Part shown: positions 43,401 to 58,400 of the stretch, piece after piece
How positions within the stretch are numbered: the first letter of the stretch is position 1
Layout of the letters: each line of letters opens with the position of its first letter
DNA from: the human T2T-CHM13v2.0 reference genome, Homo sapiens
DNA: 64,000 bases
Assembly: GCF_009914755.1 (NCBI RefSeq)
Contig: NC_060933.1
Strand: one strand, 5' to 3'
Notes under the pieces: model-generated
Told to the model about the DNA's origin: nothing
Database searches by the model: none
What the model saw: only the letters and a program-made list of their open reading frames with translations
Position numbers and translations under genes: made by a program

Positions 43401-46400
43401 AGTGGAATGGAATGGAAAGGACTGGAATGGAGTGGAATGGAATGGAATGGAATGGAATCAACTCGATTGGAATGGAATGGAATGGAATGGAATGGAATTA
43501 ACCCGAATAGAATGGAATGGAATGGAATGGAACGGAACGGAACGGAACGGAATGGAATGGAATGGAATGGAATGGAATGGAATGGAATGGAATCAACCCG
43601 ACTGCAGGGGAATGGAATGGAATGGAATGCAATGGAATGGATTCAACTTAAATGGAATGGAAAGAATGGAATCAACACGAGTGGAATGGCATGGATTGGA
43701 ATTGAATGGAATGGAATCAACCCGAGTACAGGGGAATGGAATGGAATGGAATGCAATGGAATGGAATCATCCGTAATGGAATGGAAAGGAATGGAATGGA
43801 ATGGAATGGAATGGAATGGAATCAACTCGATTGCAATCGAATGGAATGGAATGGAATTAACCCGAATAGAATGGAATGGAATGGAATGGAACGGAACGGA
43901 ACGGAATGGAATGGATTGGAATATAATGGAATGGAATGGAATGGAACGGAAAGGAATGGAATGGAATGGAATGGAATGGAATGGAATGGAATGGAATAAA
44001 CCCGAGTGCAATGGAATGGAGTGGAATGGAATGGAATGGAATGGAACAACCCGAATGGAATGGAATGTAATGGAGAGTAAGGGAGTTGAATAGAATCAAT
44101 CCGAATGTAATGGAATGGAATGGAACGGAATGGAATTGAATGGAATGGAATGGAATGCAATGGAATGGAATCAACCCGAGTGCAATGGAATGGAGAGGAA
44201 TGGAATGGAATGGAATGGAAACTACCCGAATGTAATGGAATGTAATGGATTGTAAGGGAATTGAATAGAATCAATCCGAATGTAATGGAATGGAATGGAA
44301 CGGAATGGAATGGAATGGAATGGAATGGAATGGAATGCAATGCAACGGAATGGAATCAACCCGAGTGCAATCGAATGGAATCGAATGGAATGGAATGCAA
44401 TGGAATGGATTCAACTTGAATGGAATGGAAAGAATGGAATCAACACGAGTGGAAGGGCATGGATTGGAATGCAATGGAATGGAATCAACCCGAGTACAGG
44501 GGAATGGAATGGAATGGAATGCAATGGAATGGGAACATCCGGAAGGGAATGGAAAGGAATGGAATGGAATGGAATGGAATGGAATGGAATGGAATCAACT
44601 TGATTGCAATCGAATGGAATGGAATGGAATTAACCCGAATAGAATGGAATGGAATGGAATGGAACGGAACGGAATGGAATGGAATGGAATGGAATGGAAT
44701 GGAACGGAACGGAACGGAATGGATGGAATGGAATGGAATGGAATGGAATGGAATCAACGCGAGTGCAGGGGAATGGAATGGAATGGAATGCAATGGAATG
44801 GAATCTTCCGGAATGGAATGGAATGGAATGAAATGCAATGGATTCAACTCGAATGCAATGGAATGGAACAGAATGGAATGGAATGGAATGGAATGGAATG
44901 GAATTAACCCGAATAGAATGGAATGGAATGGAATGGAACAGAATGGAACGGAATGGAACGGAATGGAATGGAATGGAATGGTATGGAATGGAATCGAATG
45001 GTACGGAATAGAATGGAATGGAACGAATTGTAATGGAATGGAATTGAATGGAATGGAATGGAATGGAATGGAATCAACGCGAGTGCAGGGGAATGTAATG
45101 GAACGGAATGCAATGGAATGGAATCATCCGGAATGGAATGGAATGGAATGGAATGGAATGGAATGGAATGGAATGGAATGGAATGATACGGAATAGAATG
45201 GAATGGAACGAAATGGAATGGAATGGAATGGAATGGAATGGAATGGAATGGAATGGAATAGAATCGTTCCGAGTGGAATAGGAGGGAATGTATTCGAGTG
45301 GAATGGAAAGGAATGGAATCAACCAGAGTGGAATGGAAGGGAATGGAATGGAATGGAAACTAATAGAATGGAATCAACCCGAGAGGAATGGAATGGAAAG
45401 GACTGGAATGGATTGGAATCAACTCGATTTTAATGGAATGGAATGGAATGGAATGGAATGGAATGGAATGGAATTAACCCGAATACAATGCAATGGATTG
45501 GAATGGAACGGAATGGAGTGGAATGGAATGGAATCAACCCGAGTGCAGGGGAATGGAATGGAATGGAATGCAATGGAATGGAATCATCCGGAATGGAATG
45601 GAATGGAATGGAATGCAACGCAATGGAATCAACTCGATTGCAATGGAATGGAATGGAATGGAAAGGAATACATTGGAATCAACCCGAGTGGAATGGAATG
45701 GAAAGGACTGGAATGGAGTGGAATGGAATGGAATGGAATGGAATGGAATGAACTCGATTGGAATGGAATGGAATGGAATGGAATGGAATGGAATTAACCC
45801 GAATAGAATGGAATGGAATGGAATGGAACGGAACGGAAACGAATGAAATGGAATGGAATGGAATGGAATGGAATGGAATGGAAACAACCCGACTGCAGGG
45901 GAATGGAATGGAATGGAATGCAATGGAATGGATTCAACTTGAATGGAATGGAAAGAATGGAATCAACACGAGTGGAATGGCATGGATTGGAATGGAATGG
46001 AATGGAATCAACCCGAGTACAGAGGAATGGAATGGAATGGAATGCAATGGAATGGAATAATACGTAATGGAATGGAAAGGAATGGAATGGAATGGAATGG
46101 AATGGAATGGAATGGAATGGAATGGAATCAACTCGATTGCAATCGAATGGAATGGAATGGAATTAACCCGAATATAATGGAATGGAATGGAATGGAACGG
46201 AACGGAACGGAATGGAATGGATTGGAATGGAATGGAATGGAATGGAATGGAATCAACGCGAGTGCAGGGAAATGGAATGGAATGGAATGCAATGGAATGG
46301 AATCTTCCGGAATGGAATGGAATGGAATGGAATGGAATGGAATGGAATGGAATAAACCCGAGTGCAATGGAATGGAGTGGAATGGAATGGAATGGAATGG

Positions 46401-49400
46401 AACAACCCGAATGGAATGGAATGTAATGGAGAGTAAGGGAGTTGAATAGAATCAATCCGAATGTAATGGAATGGAATGGAACGGAATGGAATTGAATGGA
46501 ATGGAATGGAATACAATGGAATGGAATCAACCCGAGTTCAATGGAATGGAGAGGAATGGAATGGAATGGAATGGAAACTACCCGAATGGAATGGAATGTA
46601 ATGGAGTGTAAGGGAATTGAATAGAATCAATCCGAATGTAACGGAATGGAATGGAACGGAATGGAATGGAATGGAATGGAATGGAATGGAATGGAATGCA
46701 ATGGAATGGAATCAACCCGAGTACAATCGAATGGAATCGAATGGAATGGAATGCAATGGAATGGATTCAACTTGAATGGAATGGAAAGAATGGAATCAAC
46801 ACGAGTGGAATGGCATGGATTGGAATGGAATGGAATGGAATCAACCCGAGTACAGGGGAATGGAATGGAATGGAATGCAATGGAATGGAATCATCCGTAA
46901 TGGAATGGAAAGGAATGGAATGGAATGGAATGGAATGGAATGGAATGGAATGGAATCAACTCGATTGCAATCGAATGGAATGGAATGGAATTAACCCGAA
47001 TAGAATGGAATGGAATGGAATGGAACGGAACGGAATGGAATGGAATGGAATGGAATGGAACGGAAAGGAAGGGAATGGAATGGAATAGAATGGAATGGAA
47101 TGGAATCAACGCGAGTGCAGGGGAATGGAATGGAATGGAATGCAATGGAATGGAATCTTCCGGAATGGAATGGAATGGAATGGAATGGAATGGAATGGAA
47201 TGGAATCAACCCGAGTGCAATGGAATGGAGTGGAATGGAATGGAATGGAATGGAACAACCCGAATGGAATGGAAAGTAATGGAGAGTAAGGGAGTTGAAT
47301 AGAATCAATCCGAATGTAAAGGAATGGAATGGAACGGAATGGAATTGAATGGAAAGGAATGGAATGCAATGGAATGGAATCAACCCGAGTGCAATGGAAT
47401 GGAGAAGAATGGAATGGAATGGAATGGAATGGAATGGAACGGAACGGAATGGAATGGAATGGAATGGAATGGAATGGAACGGAATGGAACGGAACGGAAT
47501 GGAATGGAATGGAATGGAATGGAATGGTATCAACGCGAGTGCAGGGGAATGGAATGGAATGGAATGCAATGGAATGGAATCTTCCGCAATGGAATGGAAT
47601 AGAATGGAATGGAATGAAATGCAATGGATTCAACTCGATTGCAATGGAATGGAAAAGAATGGAATGGAATGGAATGGAATGGAATTAATCCGAATAGAAT
47701 GGAATGGAATGGAATGGAACGGAATGGAACGGAATGGAATGGAATGGAATGGAATGCAATGGTATGGAATGGAATGGAGTGGTACGGAATAGAATGGAAT
47801 GGAACGAATTGTAATGGAATGGAATTGAATGGAATGGAATGGAATGGAATGGAATGAACGCGAGTGCAGGGGAATGTAATGGAACGGAATGCAATGGAAT
47901 GGAATCATCCGGAATGGAATGGAATGGAATGGAATGGAATGGAATGGAATGGAATCACCCCGAGTGCAATGGAATGGAGTGGAATGGAATGGAATGGAAT
48001 GGAACAAACCGAATGGAGTGGAATGTAATGGAGAGTAAGGGAGTTGAATAGAATCAATCCGAATGTAATGGAATGGAATGCAACGGAATGGAATGGAATG
48101 GAATGGAATGGAATGCAATGGAATTGAATCAACCCGAGTACAATGGAATGGAATGGAATGGAATGGAATGGAATGGAATGGAATGGAATGATACGGAATA
48201 GAATGGAATGGAACGAAATGGAAAGGAATGGAATGGAATGGAATGGAATGGAATGGAATGGAATGGAATGGAATGAAATCGTTCCGAGTGGAATAGGAGG
48301 GAATGTATTCGAGTGGAATGGAAAGGAATGGTATCAACCAGAGTGGAATGGAGGGGAATGGAATGGAATGGAAACTAATAGAATGGAATCAACCCGAGTG
48401 GAATGGAATGGAAAGGACTGGAATGGAATGGAATGGAATGGAATCAACTCGATTGTAATGGAATGGAATGGAATGGAATGGAATGGAATGGAATCGAATG
48501 GAATGGAATTAACCCGAATACAATGGAATGGAATGGAATGGAACGGAATGGAGTGGAATGGAATGGAATCAACTCGATTGCAATCGAATGGAATGGAATG
48601 GAATTAACCCGAATAGAATGGAATGGAATGGAATGGAACGGAACGGAATGGAATGGAATGGAATTGAATGGAATGGAAGGGAAAGGAAGGGAATGGAATG
48701 GAATACAATGGAATGGAATGAAATCAACGCCAGTGCAGGGGAATGGAATGGAATGGAATGCAATGGAATGGAATCTTCCGGAATGGAATGGAATGGAATG
48801 GAATGGAATGAAATCAACCCGACTGCAATGGAATGGAGTGGAATGGAATGGAATGGAATGGAACAACCCGAATGGAATGGAATCGAATGGAGAGTAAGGG
48901 AGTTGAATAGAATCAATCCGAATGTAAAGGAATGGAATGGAACGGAATGGAATTGAATGGAATGGAATTGAATGCAATGGAATGGAATCAACCCGAGTGC
49001 AATGGAATGGAGAGGAATGGAATGGAATGGAATGGAAACTACCCGAATGGAATGGAATGTAATGGAGTGTAAGGGAATTGAATAGACTCAATCCGAATGT
49101 AATGGAATGGAATGGAACGGAATGGAATGGAATGGAATGGAATGGAATGGAATGGAATGCAATGGAAAGCAATCAACCCGAGTGCAATCGAATGGAATCT
49201 AATGGAATGGAATGCAATGGAATGGATTCAACTTGAATGCAATGGAAAGAATGGAATCAACACGAGTGGAATGGCATGGATTGGAATGGAATGGAATGGA
49301 ATCAACCCGAGTACAGGGGAATGGAATGGAATGGAATGCAATGGAATGGAATCATCCGTAATGGAATGCAAAGGAATGGAATGGAATGGAATGGAATGGA

Positions 49401-52400
49401 ATGGAATGGAATGGAATGGAATCAACTCGATTGCAATCGAATGGAATGGAATGGAATTAACCCGAATAGAATGGAATGGAATGGAATGGAACGGAACGGA
49501 ATGGAATGCAATGGAATGGAATGGAATGGAACGGAACGGAATGGAATGGAATGGAATGGAATGGAATGGAATGGAATGGAATCAACGCGAGTGCAGGGGA
49601 ATGGAATGGAATGGAATGCAATGGAATGGAATCTTCCGGAATGGAATGGAATGGAATGGAACGGAATGAAATGCAATGGATTCAACTCGATTGCAATGGA
49701 ATGGAATAGAATGGAATGGAATGGAATGGAATGGAATTAATTCGAATAGAATGGAATGGAATGGAATGGAACGGAATGGAACGGAATGGAATGGAATGGA
49801 ATGGAATGGTATGGAATGGAATGGAATGGTACGGAATAGAATGGAATGGAACGAATTGTAATGGAATGGAATTGAATGGAATGGAATGGAATGGAATGGA
49901 ATCAACGCGAGTGTAGGGGAATGTAATGGAACGGAATGCAATGGAATGGAATCATCCAGAATGGAATTGAATGGAATGGAATGGAATGGAATCAACCCGA
50001 GTGCAATGGAATGGAGTGGAATGGAATGGAATGGAATGGAACAACACGAATGGAATTGAATGTAATTGAGAGTAAGGGAGTTGAATAGAATCAATCCGAA
50101 TGTAATGGAATGGAATGCAACGGAATGGAATTGAATGGAATGGAATGGAATGGAATGGAATGCCTTCAAACCGAAACGAATGGAAAGGAATGGAATCAAC
50201 ACGAGTGGAAAGGAATGGAATGGAAAGGAATGGAATGGAATGGAATGGTACGGAATAGAATGGAATGGAACGAACTGGAATGGAATGGAATGGAATGGAA
50301 TGTTATGGAATGGAATCGTTCCGAGTGGAATAGGAGGGAATGTATTCGAGTGGAATGGAAAGGAATGGAATCAACCAGAGTGGAATGGAAGGGAATGGAA
50401 TGGAATGGAAACTAATAGAATGGAATCAACCCGAGTGGAATGGAATGGAAAGGACTGGAATGGAATGGAATGGAATGGAATGGAATGGAATCAACTCGAT
50501 TGTAATGGAATGGAATGGAATGGAATTGAATGGAATGGAATTAACCCGAATAGAATGGAATGGAATGGAATGGAACGGGACGGAACGGAACGGAACGGAA
50601 TGGAATGGAATGGAATGGAATGGAACGGAAAGGAATGGAATGGAATGGAATGGAATGGAATGGAATGGAATGGAATGGAATGAAATCAACGCGAGTGCAG
50701 GGGAATGGAATGGAATGGAATGCAATGGAATGGAAGCTTCCGGAATGGAATGGAATGGAGTGGAATGGAATGGAATGGAATGGAATAAACCCGAGTGCAA
50801 TGGAATGGAGTGGAATGGAATGGAATGGAATGGAATGGAATGGAATGGAATCAACTCGATTGCAGTCGAATGGAATGGAATGGAATCAACCCGACTGCAG
50901 GGCAATGGAATGGAATGGAATGCAATGGAATGGATTCAACTTGAATGGAATGGAAAGAATGGAATGGAATGGAATGGAATGGAATGGAATGGAATGGAAT
51001 CAACTCGATTGCAGTCGAATGGAATGGAATGGAATTAACCCGAATAGAATGGAATGGAATGGAATGGAACGGAACGGAACGGAACGGAATGGAATGGAAT
51101 GGAATGGAATGGAACGGAAAGGAATGGAATGGAATGGAATGGAATGGAATGGAATGGAATGGAATGGAATCAACGCGAGTGCAGGGGAATGGAATGGAAT
51201 GGAATGCAATGGAATGGAATCATCTGGAATGGAATGGAATGGAATCAACCCGAGTGCAATGGAAGGGAGTGGAATGGAATGGAATGGAATGGAACAACCC
51301 GAATGGAATGGAATGTAATGGAGAGTAAGGGAGTTGAATAGAATCAATCCGAATGTAATGGAATGGAATGCAACGGAATAGAATGGAATGGAATGCAATG
51401 GAATGCAATCAACCCGAGTACAATGGAATGGAATGGAATGGAATGGAATGGAATGGAATGCCTTCAAATCGAATGGAATGGAAATGAATGGAATCAACAC
51501 GATTGGAATGGAATGGAATGGAATGGAATGATACGGAATAGAATGGAATGGAACGAAATGGAATGGAATGGAATGGAATGGAATGGAATGGATTGGAATC
51601 GTTCCGAGTGGAATAGGAGGGAATGTATTCGAGTGGAATGGAAAGGAATGGAATCAACCAGAGTGGAATGGAAGGGAATGGAATGGAATGGAAACTAATA
51701 GAATGGAATCAACCCGAGTGGAATGGAATGGAAAGGACTGGAATGGAATGGAATGGAATGGAATGGAATGGAATCAACTCGATTGTAATGGAATTTAATG
51801 GAATGGAATGGAATGGAATGGAATGGAATGGAATTAACACGAATACAATGGAATGGAATGGAATGGAACGGAATGGAGTGGAATGGAATGGAATCAACCC
51901 GAGTGCAGGGGAATGGAATGGAATGGAATGCAAAGCAATGGAATCAACTCGATTGCAATGGAATGGAATGGAATGGAAAGGAATACATTGGAATCAACCC
52001 TAGTGGAATGGAATGGAAAGGACTGGAATGGAGTGGAATGGAATGGAATGGAATGGAATGGAATTAACTCGATTGGAATGGAATGGAATGGAATGGAATG
52101 GAATGGAATGGAATGGAATTAACCCGAATAGAATGGAATGGAATGGAATGGAACGGAACGGAACGGAACGGAACGGAATGGAATGGAATGGAATGGAATC
52201 AACCCGACTGCAGGGGAATGGAATGGAATGGAATGCAATGGAATGGATTCAACTTGAATGGAATGGAAAGAATGGAATGAACACGAGTGGAATGGCATGG
52301 ATTGGAATGGAATGGAATGGAAGGAACCCGAGTACAGGGGAATGGAATGGAATGGAATGCAATGGAATGGAATCATCCGTTATGGAATGGAAAGGAATGG

Positions 52401-55400
52401 AATGGAATGGAATGGAATGGAATGGAATGGAATGGAATGGAATCAACTCGATTGCAATCGAATGGAATGGAATGGAATTAAACCGAATAGAATGGAATGG
52501 AATGGAATGGAACGGAATGGAACGGAATGGAATGGAATGGAATGGAATGCAATGGAATGGAACGGAAAGGAATGGAATGGAATGGAATGGAATGGAATCA
52601 ACGCGAGTGCAGGGGAATGGAATGGAATGGAATGCAATGGAATGGAATCTTCCGGAATGGAATGGAATGGAATGGAATGGAATGGAATGGAATGGAATGG
52701 AATAAACCCGAGTGCAATGGAATGGAGTGGAATGGAATGGAATGGAATGGAACAGCCCGAATGGAATGGAATGTAATGGAGAGTAAGGGAGTTGAATAGA
52801 ATCAATCCGAATGTAATGGAATGGAATGAAACGGAATGGAATTGAATGGAATGGAATGGAATGCAATGGAATGGAATCAACCCGAGAGCAATGGAATTGA
52901 GAGGAATGGAATGGAATGGAATAGAAACTACCCGAATGGAATGGAATGTAATGGAGTGTAAGGGAATTGAATAGAATCAATCAGAATGTAATGGAATGGA
53001 ATGGAACGGAATGGAATGGAATGGAATGGAATGGAATCAACTCGATTGCAATCGAATGGAATGGAATGGAATTAAACCGAATAGAATGGAATGAAATGGA
53101 ATGGAACGGAACGGAATGGAATGGAATGGAATGGAATGGAACGGAAAGGAAGGGAATGGAATGGAATAGAATGGAATGGAATGGAATCAACGCGAGTGCA
53201 GGGGAATGGAATGGAATGGAATGCAATGGAATGGAATCTTCCGGAATGGAATGGAATGGAATGGAATGGAATGGAATGGAATGGAATCAACCCGAGTGCA
53301 ATGGAATGGAGTGGAATGGAATGGAATGGAATTGAACAACCCGAATGGAATGGAATGTAATGGAGAGTAAGGGAGTTGAATAGAATCAATCCGAATGTAA
53401 TGGAATGGAATGGAACGGAATGGAATGGAATGGAATGGAATGGAATGCAATGGAATGGAATCAACCCGAGTGCAATGGAATGGAGAGGAATGGAATGGAA
53501 TGGAATGGAAACTACCCGAATGGAATGGAATGTAATGGAGTGTAAGGGAATTGAATAGAATCAATCCGAATGTAATGGAAAGGAATGGAACGGAATGGAA
53601 TGGAATGGAATGGAATGGAATGGAATGGAATGCAATGGATTGGAATCAACCCGAGTGCAATCGAATGGAATCGAATGGAATGGAATGCAATGGAATGGAA
53701 TCAACTTGAATGGAATGGAAAGAATGGAATCAACACGAGTGGAATGGCATGGATTGGAATGGAATGCAATGGAATCAACCCGAGTACAGGGGAATGGAAT
53801 GGAATGGAATGCAATGGAATGGAATCATCCGTAATGGAATGGAAAGGATTGGAATGGATTGGAATGGAATGGAATGGAATGGAATGGAATGGAATGGAAT
53901 GGAATCAACTCGATTGCAATCGAATGGAATGGAATGGAATTAACCCGAATAGAATGGAATGGAATGGAATGGAACGGAACGGAATGGAATGGAATGGAAT
54001 GGAACGGAACGGAATGGAATGGAATGGAATGGAATGGAATCAACGCGAGTGCAGGGGAATGGAATGGAATGGAATGCAATGGAATGGAAACTTCCGTAAT
54101 GGAATGGAATGGAATGGAATGGAATGAAATGCAATGGATTCAACTCGATTGCAATGGAATGGAATAGAATGGAATGAAATGGAATGGAATGCAATTAATC
54201 CGAATAGAATGGAATGGAATGGAATGGAACGGAATGGAACGGAATGGAATGGGATGGAATGGAATGGAATGGTATGGAATGGAATGGAATGGTATGGAAT
54301 AGAATGGAATGCAACGAATTGTAATGGAATGGAATTGAATGGAATGGAATGGAATGGAATGGAATCAACGCGAGTGCAGGGGAATGTAATGGAACGGAAT
54401 GCAATGGAATGGAATCATCCGGAATGGAATGGAATGGAATGGAATGGAATGGAATCAACCCGAGTGCAATGGAATGGAGTGGAATGGAATGGAATGGAAT
54501 GGAACAACCCGAATGGAATGGAATGTAATGGAGAGTAAGGGAGTTGAATAGAATCAATCCGAATGTAATGGAATGGAATGCAACGGAATGGAATGGAATA
54601 GAATGGAATGGAATGCAATGGAATGGAATCAACCCGAGTACAATGGAATGGAATGGAATGGAATGGAATGCAATGGAATGGAATGATAAGGAATAGAATG
54701 GAATGGAACGAAATGGAATTGAATGGAAAGGAATGGAATGGAATGGAATGGAATCGTTCTGAGTGGAATAGGAGGGAATGTATTCGAGTGGAATGGAAAG
54801 GAATGGAATCAACCAGAGTGGAATGGAAGGGAATGGAATGGAATGGAAACTAATAGAATGGAATCAACCCGAGTGGAATGGAATGGAAAGGACTGGAATG
54901 GAATGGAATGGAATGGAATCAACTCGATTGTAATGGAATAGAATGGAATGGAATGGAATGGAATGGAATTAACCTGAATACAATGGAATGGAATGGAATG
55001 GAATGGAATGGAATGGAGTGGAATGGAATGGAATCAACCCTAGTGCAGGGGAATGGAATGGAATGGAATGCAATGGAATGGAATCATCCGGAATGGAATC
55101 GAATGGAATGGAATGCAAAGCAATGGAATCAACTCGATTACAATGGAATGGAATGGAATGGAAAGGAATACATTGGAATCAACCCGAGTGGAATGGAATG
55201 GAAAGGACTGGAATGGAGTGGAATGGAATGGAATGCAATGGAATGGAATGGAATGGAATCAACTTGATTGGAATGGAATGGAATGGAATGGAATGGAATC
55301 AACCCGACTGCAGGGGAATGGAATGGAATGGAATGCAATGGAATGGATTCAACTTGAATGGAATGGAAAGAATGGAATCAACACGAGTGGAATGGCATGG

Positions 55401-58400
55401 ATTGGAATGGAATGGAATGGAATGAACCCGAGTACAGGGGAATGGAATGGAATGGAATGCAATGGAATGGAATCATCCTTAATGGAATGGAAAGGAATGC
55501 AATGGAATGGAATGGAATGGAATGGAATGGAATGGAATGGAATGGAATCAACTCGATTGCAATCGAATGGAATGGAATGGAATTAACCCGAATAGAATGG
55601 AATGGAATGGAATGGAACGGAACCGAACGGAATGGAATGGAATGGAATGGAATGGAATGGAATGGAATGTTATGGAATGGAATGGAATGGTACGGAATAG
55701 AATGGAATGGAACGAATTGTAATGGAATGGAATTGAATGAAATGGAATGGAATGGAATGGAATGGAATCAACGTGAGTGCAGGGGAATGTAATGGAACGG
55801 AATGCAATGGAATGGAATCATCCGGAATGGAATGGAATGGAATGGAATGGAATCAACCCGAGTGCAATGGAATGGAGTAGAATGGAATGGAATGGAATGG
55901 AACAACCCGAATGGAATGGAATGTAATGGAGAGTAAGGGAGTTGAATAGAATCAATTCGAATGTAATGGAATGGAATGCAACGGAATGGAATGGAATGGA
56001 ATGGAATGGAATCGTTCCGAGTGGAATAGGAGGGAATGTATTCGAGTGGAATGGAAAGGAATGGAATCAACAAGAGTGGAATGGAAGGGAATGGAATGGA
56101 ATGGAAACTAATAGAATGGAATCAACCCGAGTGGAATGGAATGGAAAGGACTGGAATGGAATGGAATGGAATGGAATCAACTCGATTGTAATGGAATGGA
56201 ATGGAATGGAATGGAATGGAATGGAATGGAATGGAATTAACCCGAATACAATGGAAGGGAATGGAATGGAATGCAAACTAATAGAATGGAATCAACCCGA
56301 GTGGAATGGAATGGAAAGGACTGGAATGGAATGGAATGGAACGGAAAGGAATGGAATGGAATGGAATGGAATGGAATGGAATTAACGCGAGAGCAGGGGA
56401 ATGGAATGGAATGGAATGCAATGGAATGGAATCTTCCGGAATGGAATGGAATTGAATGGAATGGAATGGAATGGAATGGAATAAACCCGAGTGCAATGGA
56501 ATGGAGTGGAATGGAATGGAATGGAATGGAACAACCCGAATGGAATGGAATGTAATGGAGACTAAGGGAGTTGAATAGAATCAATCCGAATGTAATGGAA
56601 TGGAATGGAACGGAATGAAATTGAATGGAATGGAATGGGATGCAATGGAATGGAATCAACCCGAGTGCAATGGAATGGAGAGGAATGGAATGGAATGGAA
56701 TGGAAACTACCCGAATGGAATGGAATGTAATGGAGTGTAAGGGAATTGAATAGAATCAATCCGAATGTAATGGAATGGAATGGAACGGAATGGAATGGAA
56801 GGGAATGGAAAGGAATGGAATGGAATGGAATGCAATGGAATGGAATCAACCCGAGTGCAATCGAATGGAATCGAATGGAATGGAATGCAATGGAATGGAT
56901 TCAACTTGAATGGAATGGAAAGAATGGAATCAACACGAGTGGAAGGGCATGGATTGGAATGCAATGGAATGGAATCAACCCGAGTACAGGGGAATGGAAT
57001 GGAATGGAATGCAATGGAATGGAATCATCCGTAATGGAATGGAAAGGAACGGAATGGAATGGAATGGAATGGAATGGAATGGAATGGAATGGAATCAACA
57101 CGATTGCAATCGAATGGAATGGAATGGAATTAACCCGAATAGAATGGAATGGAATGGAATGGAATGGAACGGAATGGAATGCAATGGAATGGAATGGAAT
57201 GGAATCAACGCGAGTGCAGGGGAATGGAATGGAATGGAATGCAATGGAATGGAATCTTCCGGAATGGAATGGAATGGAATGGAATGGAATGAAATGCAAT
57301 GGATTCAACTCAATTGCAATGGAATGGAATAAAATGGAATGGAATGGAATGGAATGGAATGGAATTAACCCGAATAGAATGGAATGGAATGGAATGGAAC
57401 GGAATGGAACGGAATGGAACGGAACGGAATGGAATGGAATGGAATGGAATGGAATGGAATGGAATGGTATCGAATGGAATGGAATGGTACGGAATAGAAT
57501 GGAATGGAACGAATTGTAATGGAATGGAATTGAACAGAATGGAATGGAATGGAATGGAATCAACGCGAGTGCAGGGGAATGTAATGGAACGGAATGCAAT
57601 GGAATGGAATCATCCGGAATGGAATGGAATGGAATGGAATGGAATGGAATGGAATGGAATGGAATCAATCCGAGTGCAATGGAATGGAGTGGAATGGAAT
57701 GGAATGGAATGGAACAACCCGAATGGAATGGAATGTAATGGAGAGTAAGGGAGTTGAATAGAATCAATCCGAATGTAATGGAATTGAATACAAAGGAATG
57801 GAATGGAATGGAATGTAATGGAATGCAAAGGAATGGAATCAACCCGAGTGGAATGGCATGGAATGGAATGCAATGGAATGGAATGGAATGGAATCAACTC
57901 GAGTGGAAAGGAATGGAATGGAATGGAAAGGAATGGAATGAAATCAACACGAGTGGAATGGAATGGAATGGAATAGATTGGAATGGATTGCAACCGAATG
58001 AAATGGAATGGAATGGAATGGAATCAATCATTCCGAGTGGAATGGAAGGGAATGTAATGGAGTGGAAAGAAGGGAATGGAATCAACCCGATTGGAATGCA
58101 AGGCAATTGAATGGAATGGAAAGGAATGGAATGGAATCAACTCGATTGCAATGGAATGGAATGGAATGGAATGGAATCAACTCGATTGCAATGGAATGGA
58201 ATGGAATGGAATGGAATGGAAAGGAATGGAATGGAATGAAATGGAATGGAATGGAATGCAATGGTATGGAATCAACCCGAGTGCAATCGAATGGAATCGA
58301 ATGGAATGGAATGCAATGGAATGGATTCAACTTGAATGGAATGGAAAGAATGGAATCAACACGAGTGGAATGGCATGGATTGGAATGGAATGGAATGGAA

